Of a DNA stretch of 64,000 bases, positions 49,183-58,809 are shown piece by piece. Below the pieces are notes generated by a model. That model was not told where the DNA came from, did no database searches, and worked only from the letters and a program-made list of their open reading frames with translations. Position numbers and translations under genes: made by a program. The DNA lies in NCBI GenBank assembly GCA_000002435.2, contig CM018790.1. One strand, 5' to 3'. The stretch's first letter is position 1. Each line of letters starts with the position of its first letter. This DNA comes from Giardia intestinalis (Eukaryota).

Positions 49183-50664
49183 ATGCATAATTCACATTCT
49201 ATTTCCTCAAGGGATCTAGCTAGCCTAGAATATCCGCTGGTTTGTCGAGATGAGGAGAGTCTTGAACTGAGCGAGCTATATGATACGGAGCCGTGTGTGG
49301 ACCCCTCAAACAGTTCAGACATCCTGATAGCTGGCAGGAAGCCCGATACCTCGGCTGGACTCGGTGCCACTACTCGACAATCTGCCCGCATAATCGATAT
49401 ATCTAAGCCTCGTATTGTTTCCCCCATAGCACCCAGATCTATATCAACTATAGAGGACCATGTACATTTATATCAATCTAACCTACAGAAGATCATTAGT
49501 GATCTAAAAGCCTATGTAAGCATAACAAACCATCCTAACCTCAGCGCTCAAGACATTCCTAAGATATGCGTTGAAAAGCTAGATACGGAAGAGTATCGTC
49601 GCAAGTTCACGGCCAGAACGAAGCTCTCCACAGCACTTCTTCAACAAGCTATGAACCTGCGCAAAAGAATCGAGGAAATACAGGGTCTTCTGGACAACTC
49701 GTGCACCCAGCCTCTGTCAGAAAAGCTACCCGGTAAAGAGCGGGCTCTGGAGTCCAGTGTTGAGAGTGGGCGGCCGCTCCCTATCTATGATCGTCTATTA
49801 CCCGCTACACGCTCTCCTGTATATGAGCAAAACTGCCGCGTCATTTGGGCCTCTAGTGAGTCGTTTGTTCTTCTTGCACACATAAGGCACTCCTCAGATA
49901 TGGGTACAGACCTTTTTGTCGCTCACGTTGACACTGAGTTGTCACGTTTTCAACAAGACAGTAACGCAGATCCATCCACTGACAAAGGATCCGTCATATG
50001 CACCCTTACCTTTTGGCTCAAGAAGAAAGGCAACCAGCTACTACTTCAGTTTCTTTGCAACGAGTTTCTAGAGGCCTATCGGCCAACGCTTCAGGGCAGT
50101 GATCAAGATATATCTGTGGAACCAAAACACATCAGAGAGAAGTGTTCACTGGACATGCTTGGGACTGCTCTCGGGCTTGGCATTAGACAGTCGCTCTCTT
50201 GCAATATGTTACAATTAACCTTCAGAGACATCTCTTCCCACGCTGCAAAGCACATCATTACAGTGATGTCAGATGTGTTTCAGCGCTTCTATGCACAGCT
50301 GCAGATCTGGGGAGCACTGCGGACGCCGCAGATTGTATTCTTAACATATTATCGGGCATGCCCGCACCTTTTCGCAAGCAAAAGTGATAAATTGATGAGC
50401 TTCCTGGGCTCTCAGATTGTTGGGGGTCACATGGAGCCAGAGCTCAAAATCTTATCTGCAAAGAGCACTACCCTACAAACATTCTCTGGCAATTGCCTGT
50501 ATTGCAAGCTTTACGTAGCGCAGTCCTTAGAATCGGTCATAGTACGGCTTACGTTCCAACAGAATGTAGAGAACCACATTGCGCTTACCTTCACTGCCTT
50601 TAGATTTTCGTCTGGAGAGGCTATCTCTGACGATGACGTCCGGACTATTCTTGCTGGTGGCTGA
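49183..50664 (+). CDS. Hypothetical protein (493 aa).
   Basis: Long ORF with ATG at 49183; no recognisable motifs. Confidence 0.45.
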   Translation: MHNSHSISSRDLASLEYPLVCRDEESLELSELYDTEPCVDPSNSSDILIAGRKPDTSAGLGATTRQSARIIDISKPRIVSPIAPRSISTIEDHVHLYQSNLQKIISDLKAYVSITNHPNLSAQDIPKICVEKLDTEEYRRKFTARTKLSTALLQQAMNLRKRIEEIQGLLDNSCTQPLSEKLPGKERALESSVESGRPLPIYDRLLPATRSPVYEQNCRVIWASSESFVLLAHIRHSSDMGTDLFVAHVDTELSRFQQDSNADPSTDKGSVICTLTFWLKKKGNQLLLQFLCNEFLEAYRPTLQGSDQDISVEPKHIREKCSLDMLGTALGLGIRQSLSCNMLQLTFRDISSHAAKHIITVMSDVFQRFYAQLQIWGALRTPQIVFLTYYRACPHLFASKSDKLMSFLGSQIVGGHMEPELKILSAKSTTLQTFSGNCLYCKLYVAQSLESVIVRLTFQQNVENHIALTFTAFRFSSGEAISDDDVRTILAGG

Positions 50665-50795
50665 TTGATAACTGCCACGTCGTGCCCATACGTCTGCACT
50701 GATTAGTCTTTCTGAAGCGATTTCATCTGAGGTCCTGATAAATCATCTGATAAATCACGTGTTAAGTCAAAATCTCACGATAGGACCTTACAAAA

Positions 50796-51434
50796 ATGTT
50801 CCGCCCACACGCCGCCCCCCGAGGAAGTTCCGTGAGTGCAGCGCTAGTAGAGCATGGACGGACTAGTATCACTACCTTTCATCCTTCGACCCCGGAGACA
50901 TATGTCCCTTCAGAGTGCACTCGCACCATGAAGCCGCGCACCTCACGGATTACAATGAGCACCGTCGGGGCGTCCCGCGTATCACCAAGTGTTCAACCAG
51001 GTTATGCACAACCCGAATTTAACAGCAAACTCGCTGGAGCCATACGCCACGAGCACCAGAAGAGTCTGCGGGAGCACACTTCCGCCTTTCAAGAGGTCGC
51101 CTACAGGCACGCAGATCGCCCTGCAGAGAAGCTGGTTTACGGGGACCACCATGATTTCTTCTATCCTGCACAAGAGTGTGGCTTAACGGGCCCCCTGGGG
51201 TCACGTTTTTGCCGCAATCCCGAGAACATCGGTCAAGAGGACAAGGATCGACGGGTGCAAGTGACTAACGCTAGGCAAGGCACCAGGCATGCAAATGAAG
51301 AGCGCATCCGTGCAACTTATGCAAAGGAGGAGCAGGACGCCCAACAACGCGAGGCAAAGAAAATTGCAGGGAAGCGCCGCCAACGTGAGATATACATGAC
51401 AATGCTCCAAGAAAGTCTTGAAACACAGATGTAA
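50796..51434 (+). CDS. Hypothetical protein (212 aa), basic with a charged C-terminus.
   Basis: ORF with ATG at 50796; no motifs recognised. Confidence 0.4.
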   Translation: MFRPHAAPRGSSVSAALVEHGRTSITTFHPSTPETYVPSECTRTMKPRTSRITMSTVGASRVSPSVQPGYAQPEFNSKLAGAIRHEHQKSLREHTSAFQEVAYRHADRPAEKLVYGDHHDFFYPAQECGLTGPLGSRFCRNPENIGQEDKDRRVQVTNARQGTRHANEERIRATYAKEEQDAQQREAKKIAGKRRQREIYMTMLQESLETQM

Positions 51435-51730
51435 AGGTGGTCGTCTCCAGAGTTTTTCCAGAAGTGACGTCCTCATATGATGGCATTGAGATTTAACAGT
51501 CAAGCAATCTTGCCGAGCAATCTTGTCTAGGTAACAATGAGAGAGCGGGAGACTGTCTCAAGTGCGCCCACTTTTCAAGACCATTTACAGCACTTGTGAT
51601 AATTACAGCTAAAATGGGCTGAAGCAGCGCTGTCTAATTACAGAATAAACGTCTCCGTCTTTTAATCTTGAGGTACCAGCTCGCAATTAATTTCGCAAAT
51701 CACGCGGGAATCTGTGTCAAGCCAGGATCT

Positions 51731-54700
51731 ATGGCACTGGCGCGCTTTCCACAGCACTATAGATTTATTGGACTTGCCAACATTGGCGGAGATGAGCTTA
51801 TCTATAAATTGCTTGACGAGACTACCGAGCAAGAGGTCTTCTGCACAATCTTCACTTTCGATCAGCTGCGCAAGAGGGCTTATACAGAGCTTCTTTCCTT
51901 TATACAAATATACACCGCACTGGATCACAGAGGCTTGATGCGCTATCGGGCCATTGAAACAGAGCCGGCAGATTTGAGGCTTTTCTTCATGACAAGTACA
52001 TACAATGTGAATCTTGCCAAGCTAAACTTACTAATGCGTCAGGAAGGAAAATCCTATTGCGAACTGGCACTCTGGCAAGTAGCTGCCCAATTGATTGACA
52101 CCATGACCTATTGCAATCTTCCGCGAACCCGTCAGTTTGGCCACAAAAGCACCCGCCTTGCAGCAAATTCCTTTCCTCATTGTGTCCTACGGCCATTTAT
52201 CATTGTAATAACAAATTCATTCACCCAAGAGTCAGACCTATTAAAGCTATCTACCAATTCAAAGCAGGCCGCCTTGTTTCCTCTCTCGATCAAGGTCATG
52301 CCTGGTGTCCTCACTGTGGGCCAACTGCGTCAGTTTCAAACAACTGCTGCTAGATCGCACCTTTCGCACATGGCCCCCGAGCTTCTCCTTGACTCCGAGG
52401 AGGTGAGTCCCTCTGGAGCAGTCGACATCTGGTCTGTAGGATCAGTTTTGTATGAAATGGCCACAGGGAAAACTTACGACTCTGCTATTGACCCAACGAC
52501 CAATCTTAGGACATACTCCTTTGAATTTCAAAGTATGCTCCGATCAATGCTATCCATAAAGCAATCTGACAGACCAACTTTTGAGGACCTGCTGAAAGCT
52601 GAGAGAATACGCTGCGTACTATCCGACATACAAACAGGTTCCCAGGGTCCTGCATCGAGCCAACCGGACAAACTGATTCTCCAGTCAGTTGAGCTGCAGG
52701 CACGTGAGCTTCTCGCAAAGCTTCCATATTCTACCGCTGAGCAGGCACAAATGGTAGCAAGTTGGCAACAAGAACTTCCTCATGAGCCAAATTACCTACT
52801 AGGAGTAATGAATATGATCGATGATGGGTCCTATCGCTGTCACACTCCCACTGGGAACAGGTTTGTGCACACTAGTTCCAGCGCTTCCCAGTCTCTCCGA
52901 TCAAGAGTAGCCCAGACTCCTGCATCAATTCATACGGGAAAGAATACCCGTTATGGAAGAAAGATGGCAAAAAGCCCGGCCGGGGTGCAGGACTCCTACA
53001 CGCAGCTTATGCAGCACGCTCTGAAAGATAATCTACTGAAGGCTAAAAAGGCTATGGACCAGGTGTGTATAGTTTTCACAGACGGGACGTCTGCCCTAAT
53101 GCTTGCAGCTGAAAATAATTCTCTTGAAGTTGCAAAGCTCTTGGTATCATATGAGTGCTGCCTACAGTCCAAAACCGGGCTCACTGCTCTAATGTATGCA
53201 GCAAGAAGAGGCCATGCAGATCTGGTGTCTCTCCTTCTCAACCACGAAAGCATGATGGTGGACTCTCGTGGCTACACGGCACTTATGCACGCTATAGACC
53301 AGGGTCACCTAGAGTGCATCCGAATCCTTGTAAAAGCAGAAACAAATTATAGTGCTCCGAATGGCATTACGGCGGGACTGCTTGCTACGAAGGACATAAA
53401 TGACGTCATGAAGCAGTTTAGGTGCCACTCGGCGTCCCAAATGACGTCTGCTAGCACCTATGGGACTCCTGACGGTAGGCAAACACCCAGCACAAGAAGA
53501 TCTGTGACACCCAGCAACAACTCCAGCCTTAGTATAAGCACTAGACATCAAACTGTCGCTGAGAAGCTTGCGATTGCTCAGATTGTCACTGCTCATGAGG
53601 ACACCCGTGACCCCGTAACACACGTGACATGCCTTATGCTAGCAGCCCAGCATCACTCTGTAGAATTGGTGCAAATGTTCATACACCAGGCTGGTTGCCA
53701 AACACCCAAAGGGCTTACGGCCCTCCATATTGCTGTTCAGGAACTGTTTGTTGACGGTGTTACGCTTCTAGCCCCTTGCGAGATGCGTTATACCACACAG
53801 TATGCTACCAACGGGTTTGGTTTCCATAGAGCGACGGCTCTTTGTCTCGCTGCTCTTGTAGGCGGATGCTCAGATAACAAAAATACGTCTCAGGGTCATC
53901 TCGTAAGTAGTCAGGGAGATCGGGGACCCTCTTCGTACAACTACTTTCGAAGCGTCAGCCAATACAGCTTCAATCACGCCTTGTCTGCAAGAAGCACTAC
54001 TAAGAGCAACCGAGATAACGAGCGGGCCATCCTCTCTATTCTAAATCTCCTAGTCCCACTCGAGGCCACCTATGCGGAGCCTGGCACAGGGAAAACTGCC
54101 CTTATTGCAGCAGCGACTGTCGGTAACGCACTCGCTGTCCGAGCACTGGCAAAGCACGAGGGTGGCTGCAAGATGATAAAGGGCTGGACAGCGATGATGT
54201 GTTGTGTCTGCCGGGCAAGCTCCACAACAGCGCAAAACCTGTGCACATACATCGAGTGCATAAACGCTCTAGCCCCATATGAACAAGGTATGACGTCTGA
54301 ATGTGGGTGGACGGCTCTTGTCTATGCCAGTGCCTACCTGAACCTTGCGTGTATAGAGGTGCTGGCGCCCTTAGAAGCAGCGCTGTCAGGAGAGACGGCG
54401 CTGAGCTTTATGGGTGCTCTCGTGGCTGAGGGTGAGATGACCAAAAGCGAGTGGCAGTATTCTATGTCCCAGGCAAGATCCTTGATAGTAGAGTACCTAA
54501 GATCACACTCTCTTACTGGTTTGCCGCCGCAGCAGCAACTATCCATAGGAGAGCTTCCTGACGATCGGGATATGAAGAAATACATTAACAATAAGTCCGG
54601 CCTCTTTGACGACGAGAGCGAAATCTCCATTCTTGAAGGAAAGTATTTCCGCTGGGAGGGGCCACCAGACTCTAGCATTGCCGGAGAGCCCATGCATGGG

Positions 54701-54985
54701 GGTGCACGGGCAAGCTCAGGGCTTCATCCACAGCGCCAGAGCCAGGTGAAGAAGGAGGTCTTGCCGGATGTGTCAGCTGTCGTCGACAAGAGTTTTGCAC
54801 GCGAGCAGAAAAGCTTTCAATGCCAGACCTCTGTTGCTATTCCAGAGCAAGAGAAATCATATAGGTATACATTCAATTCTAAGCCTCTTCCACCTCTTAT
54901 CACTGCCTCCCCATCCGCCGGGGATCATCTTCCAATTCTCCCGCCCCTGAATTCTCATAAAAATTCTCATAAAATCCGCAATTAA
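51731..54985 (+). CDS. NEK-like pseudokinase with ankyrin repeats (ATG at 51731; the track's 51668 start is non-ATG).
   Basis: Kinase subdomains VIII-IX retained (HMAPELLL, DIWSVGSVLYEMATG) but no Gly-loop or HRD. Ankyrin units (GTSALMLAAENNSLEVAKLLV, GLTALMYAARRGHADLVSLLL, GYTALMHAIDQGHLECIRILV, GKTALIAAATVGNALAVRALA). Confidence 0.75.
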   Translation: MALARFPQHYRFIGLANIGGDELIYKLLDETTEQEVFCTIFTFDQLRKRAYTELLSFIQIYTALDHRGLMRYRAIETEPADLRLFFMTSTYNVNLAKLNLLMRQEGKSYCELALWQVAAQLIDTMTYCNLPRTRQFGHKSTRLAANSFPHCVLRPFIIVITNSFTQESDLLKLSTNSKQAALFPLSIKVMPGVLTVGQLRQFQTTAARSHLSHMAPELLLDSEEVSPSGAVDIWSVGSVLYEMATGKTYDSAIDPTTNLRTYSFEFQSMLRSMLSIKQSDRPTFEDLLKAERIRCVLSDIQTGSQGPASSQPDKLILQSVELQARELLAKLPYSTAEQAQMVASWQQELPHEPNYLLGVMNMIDDGSYRCHTPTGNRFVHTSSSASQSLRSRVAQTPASIHTGKNTRYGRKMAKSPAGVQDSYTQLMQHALKDNLLKAKKAMDQVCIVFTDGTSALMLAAENNSLEVAKLLVSYECCLQSKTGLTALMYAARRGHADLVSLLLNHESMMVDSRGYTALMHAIDQGHLECIRILVKAETNYSAPNGITAGLLATKDINDVMKQFRCHSASQMTSASTYGTPDGRQTPSTRRSVTPSNNSSLSISTRHQTVAEKLAIAQIVTAHEDTRDPVTHVTCLMLAAQHHSVELVQMFIHQAGCQTPKGLTALHIAVQELFVDGVTLLAPCEMRYTTQYATNGFGFHRATALCLAALVGGCSDNKNTSQGHLVSSQGDRGPSSYNYFRSVSQYSFNHALSARSTTKSNRDNERAILSILNLLVPLEATYAEPGTGKTALIAAATVGNALAVRALAKHEGGCKMIKGWTAMMCCVCRASSTTAQNLCTYIECINALAPYEQGMTSECGWTALVYASAYLNLACIEVLAPLEAALSGETALSFMGALVAEGEMTKSEWQYSMSQARSLIVEYLRSHSLTGLPPQQQLSIGELPDDRDMKKYINNKSGLFDDESEISILEGKYFRWEGPPDSSIAGEPMHGGARASSGLHPQRQSQVKKEVLPDVSAVVDKSFAREQKSFQCQTSVAIPEQEKSYRYTFNSKPLPPLITASPSAGDHLPILPPLNSHKNSHKIRN

Positions 54986-55010
54986 ACATTGGCAAAGACG
55001 TTGGCCTCCA

Positions 55011-55241
55011 ATGCTCCTTAAAGTTCAGTTGACGACAGGCTACATTCTCACGCTCGATGTAGCACCGACAGAGACGATACTCGACATAAAGAATAAGGTG
55101 TATGACCAGGAGGGAATACATCCTGCCCAGCAGAAAATGTTATACTTGGCCCAGCAGCTACAGAACACTACCACCGTCGAGGAGGCCAACCTCAAGGCAG
55201 GAATCACTATCCAGTTAGTCGTTAACCTGAGGGGAGGCTAG
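55011..55241 (+). CDS. Ubiquitin-like modifier, 76 aa, ending exactly in LRGG-stop (NEDD8/Rub1-like or another ubiquitin-like modifier; too divergent to be ubiquitin itself).
   Basis: Same length as ubiquitin; MLLKV...TGYILTLDVAPTETILDIKNKVYDQEGIHPAQQKMLY...LVVNLRGG* aligns at ~33-35% identity to both ubiquitin and NEDD8; di-Gly terminus with no extension. Confidence 0.75.
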   Translation: MLLKVQLTTGYILTLDVAPTETILDIKNKVYDQEGIHPAQQKMLYLAQQLQNTTTVEEANLKAGITIQLVVNLRGG

Positions 55242-55314
55242 TGGTAGAGACAATGAAGGGGTCGTGAATCTACGTTTACTACTGATCTTGCTCGCCACTT
55301 TGCCCTACACCACT

Positions 55315-56745
55315 TCACTTCTCGAACCTCTCCGTGTCCATTCCTGTTAGCCCATATTCATCATCTTGCTCTGCGGTTCTTTGGTAGTGTTCAACCTTAA
55401 GGGCAGGGTCATCATCAGGCGCGTAGACGTTCTTGATGAAAGAGGCGTCAAGGGGATCGTCTATGATGATAGTGAACCCTCGCTTGCCATCCGCCATTTC
55501 TTGCAGCCCCACAAGCAGCGAGCTCCACCGCTCCCGTTGTTCTGCGGACGAGCTGCCATCACCCAGCCAGAAGACACTATGCCTTTTCAGCTCGTCGTAC
55601 ATTATGCGGAGCAGACCCTCCAACGTCGTATACACGCCGCCTAGCGTTCCTGGCTCCAATCTGAGGCCGAGCTCTGGAATCTCGAGGGAGCAGCTATCTG
55701 ACTTCAGGACGTCTCTACTCAAGTCTCCGCTGTCTCCGTCCTCAATGGCCGTGCATGTAAATGTTGTACGAGCGCCATGTGGCGGGATTGCGCCCGCAGA
55801 CTTCACTTCTATGGATTTGAACCCACAATTGTCGCAGGCGCTGCACATTAAGAGGCACTCCTTGAAATAGGGTATGCTGATGAGGAGCGATTTGTTCAGT
55901 ATCTCCTCGCTACAGGCAGGGCACTTTGTCGGTAACGCCATCACTGGCATGTCCTCCGGAGCTGTGTCCAAAAGTAGCGTAACATCCTCGAGCTTACGCT
56001 CATCAACTCGTGAGACCCCAGAGCCCGCAGCTTGCCGCTGAATCACCTGCTCCTGTTCCGGACTTATTCCCAGTAGCTGTGCCTCTTCCTTGGTGCGCTG
56101 GAAGCGCCGGACGGTTAGGTTTCTGTCCAGATCACCTGTCTGGCGACCAACGAGCGGCTCAATGTAGGAATTACCAGAGGGATCTCGAAGAACCAGAGTG
56201 CATTGAGTCTTCAGCTGAAGCACGTTATTGATCTTCAAGATCACATCGTCTATCTTATCCGCGGCCTCAGGGGCCTTAAGACGACGCTCCGGCTGCAGAG
56301 CAAGCAAGTTTGTCGCTATTTGCTGGAGAGCGCCCTCTACTGTCGTGTAGAGACCCGACATGGGCCGCGGCTCCTGCTCTATCCCCAGCTCCCGAAGGGC
56401 TAGAGATGCCGTGGAAGACTTGATTACTCCTCGGCTAAGATCCTCCTCGGCTTGGATCACTAAGGTAACCTCGACGCCCCTATCTTGGATGTCTGCTGCT
56501 TGTTGGACGTCACGGCCTTTAAAACCGCAGTGCCTACATCTGAAACTCGAGACTATGCATTGCTGAAACTTGGGTATGTCGACAAAGAGAAGCTTGGTCT
56601 TTCCCATCCTATTACAGTGCATGCAAAGACTAGCCGTTACGTGCTGCTCTCCGATGTCCACCTGCACACGGGATCCGAATTCTGTCTCCGCATCGGACGA
56701 GGACGAGGATGAAGCGCTCGAGGATTGAGAGGCCGACCTAGACAT
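55315..56745 (-). CDS. zpr1: ZPR1-type zinc-finger protein (two tandem ZPR1 zinc-finger/A-domain modules).
   Basis: Two copies of the C-x2-C...C-x2-C module each followed by IPYF/IPKF ... G..TTLEG / GLYTTVEG segments (CMHCNRMGKTKLLFVDIPKFQQCIVSSFRCRHCGFK; CPACSEEILNKSLLISIPYFKECLLMCSACDNCGFK). Confidence 0.85.
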   Translation of the reverse strand: MSRSASQSSSASSSSSSDAETEFGSRVQVDIGEQHVTASLCMHCNRMGKTKLLFVDIPKFQQCIVSSFRCRHCGFKGRDVQQAADIQDRGVEVTLVIQAEEDLSRGVIKSSTASLALRELGIEQEPRPMSGLYTTVEGALQQIATNLLALQPERRLKAPEAADKIDDVILKINNVLQLKTQCTLVLRDPSGNSYIEPLVGRQTGDLDRNLTVRRFQRTKEEAQLLGISPEQEQVIQRQAAGSGVSRVDERKLEDVTLLLDTAPEDMPVMALPTKCPACSEEILNKSLLISIPYFKECLLMCSACDNCGFKSIEVKSAGAIPPHGARTTFTCTAIEDGDSGDLSRDVLKSDSCSLEIPELGLRLEPGTLGGVYTTLEGLLRIMYDELKRHSVFWLGDGSSSAEQRERWSSLLVGLQEMADGKRGFTIIIDDPLDASFIKNVYAPDDDPALKVEHYQRTAEQDDEYGLTGMDTERFEK

Positions 56746-56767
56746 TTCAATTATTTTTTAAATCCAC

Positions 56768-58249
56768 CTAGGCACCTATTTTAGCGAAGAGGCGAGCGTT
56801 TGGTGTGCATCCTGCACTCTCGAGTGTAGCAGATACGTCTTGCATAATGTCATCTCCAAAAGGTCTGTGTAAACGAATTCTTCCACAATCGATATTCAAA
56901 GCGTCTCCAATCCGTTCAATCATGGACTCGATTGTGTACGAAAACGGGAGCTTTAGTAGCAGGTGGTGATCATTGAGCGCCGAATCGGGGCTTGACACCC
57001 GTATCCTCAGCGTCGCGACTCTGCCATCATCTGCTGTTTCTGTAACGATTGTGGTCGACGACAGATTGTCCTTGCCGGCTTCCTTCGCCTGCTCAGCGGG
57101 GGTCTTCCCGTGCACAAGAAGCCCCAGTGCCTCCTTCATAGGGACGATTTGGCCGTTGCTTACACAAGTTCCTTTCACTCGCGACAGGAATTGCTGTAGA
57201 GACATCGGCTTCTCCAGATTGGCCCGTTGATCAAGTAATTGGTCGTACGAGTAATTATGCCTGTTGCCGTATTCTGATACCGTCAAGTAGCTACGTTTGA
57301 CGCTCCCGTGCTCTGCCGCCGCCTCAATAGTGCTCTTGGCCGGCTTTGGAGGAGGGGGCGGCTGCGCAGACTCATCAATCATGAGCTTCGCCTGTCCCTC
57401 AAATAATTCCACACCACAGGACTTGAAGGGCTCTGCCTCAAATGAGGCGTCAATTGAAATGCCGTCGGGATGCGAGGCCCGAAACTCGGAGGGGAGAAAC
57501 CCAGCTGCGATATCCTCTACGAACTCCTTCGCAGTCTTGTCGTGCTCATAAGCTCTGAATGGCCCCCTCTTGATGAAGATGCCATTGGGGTAGAAGCGCA
57601 CAGGAATTGAAGGCTTGTCACCATACCGGCCCTGATTGCCTCCGTCTGCCACCAGAACTCGATCCTTCGAAACAAGCTGATTAAGCTTTCTGATGTTGTC
57701 CTCGAGGATGTGTCTTTCCGGGGGCTCCCAGGTCTCTGTAGAATCCCCTATGTGATCGAGCTGTAGCGTATGCTGCACAGCACGGGGTGCAGGCTCTTTT
57801 GATGAGTCAGTATCCTCCACATAAATGAGGCCGTGCGAATCCAGGAACAACTCCATGTCATAAATTTGCTGCCTGAGAACCTCAATGTAATCCTTCAGAG
57901 CCATGATCTCGTCTACGTTGGCCTGCTCCCCCGCTGCCGCAAGTCTGCAAAGGTCTACCTTTTGCCGCAGAGAAGTGTTTTCATCGTTGGCCCGTCTGAG
58001 CATCAACTTCAATTGCTGGTTTTCAGCCTCCACTTTTGTAAGGCGGTTAGCGAGACTAGAAACCAGATCCTGCGCACCATTCTTGGGCATCAAAGGCTTG
58101 GCAGCAGCGCTCTTCACCACCTGTCCAGAAGGCCTATCCCCACGAAGGGCCTGTCGCAGTTGCTTTAGGTCATACTGATCCTGCTTGTCCAGCTGTGCGC
58201 GCACCGGCTTGGGGAGCTCCGTACGATACTTCTGGTGACCCTCCTCCAT
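56768..58249 (-). CDS. SEP-domain / UBX-domain protein (p47/Shp1-like p97 cofactor) with N-terminal coiled-coil. First ATG at 58249; track start 58300 is GTG.
   Basis: SEP-like segment IPVRFYPNGIFIKRGPFRAYEHD; C-terminal UBX-like segment ATLRIRVSSPD...LKLPFSYTIESMIERIGDAL...RLHRPF. Confidence 0.6.
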   Translation of the reverse strand: MEEGHQKYRTELPKPVRAQLDKQDQYDLKQLRQALRGDRPSGQVVKSAAAKPLMPKNGAQDLVSSLANRLTKVEAENQQLKLMLRRANDENTSLRQKVDLCRLAAAGEQANVDEIMALKDYIEVLRQQIYDMELFLDSHGLIYVEDTDSSKEPAPRAVQHTLQLDHIGDSTETWEPPERHILEDNIRKLNQLVSKDRVLVADGGNQGRYGDKPSIPVRFYPNGIFIKRGPFRAYEHDKTAKEFVEDIAAGFLPSEFRASHPDGISIDASFEAEPFKSCGVELFEGQAKLMIDESAQPPPPPKPAKSTIEAAAEHGSVKRSYLTVSEYGNRHNYSYDQLLDQRANLEKPMSLQQFLSRVKGTCVSNGQIVPMKEALGLLVHGKTPAEQAKEAGKDNLSSTTIVTETADDGRVATLRIRVSSPDSALNDHHLLLKLPFSYTIESMIERIGDALNIDCGRIRLHRPFGDDIMQDVSATLESAGCTPNARLFAKIGA

Positions 58250-58809
58250 GAAACCCTTTTTTGAAGCCGCTGGATCAGAGAAGAGATGAACATGTAGCAC
58301 GGTCAGGAATCAGAGCAACGCCTGCAGATGCATAAACTGGACGTCATAGTGTGGGTACCAATAGGTCGCCAAAAGATTCAAAAGGCGCCAGGCGACAGAA
58401 CCTTTGACTTGTTCAAAGGGATCAAGAACTGGCAACGCAGATCTGGCACACATATGTGACGTATAATGGTACATTGTTTGCAAAACAGTTAAAACTTTTT
58501 TCATGGTGATTGGTTCTTTAGCTTGTGGATTAATCAAGGAAAAGCAGAAACACATCAGTCATCAGCCAAGCACCTGAGCAAATTAGATAGATATGCTTCT
58601 AGATCCCAGAGATTATGTGTGCGATAAATCCATCAGCTCGGATCTTCACCGAACAGCGCCCTTTCTCCGTCACGCTAGAGTCTTAACCTAAAACGTGCCA
58701 AAATCGCGTTGGATTTTGAGGACCTGTTTCTTGAAGTCATGTAATTTTTGATGGTTCCGCTTATTTTCTTGGCTGAAGGAAAAACAAAATAAAAGTGTGT
58801 TAAGGCATT

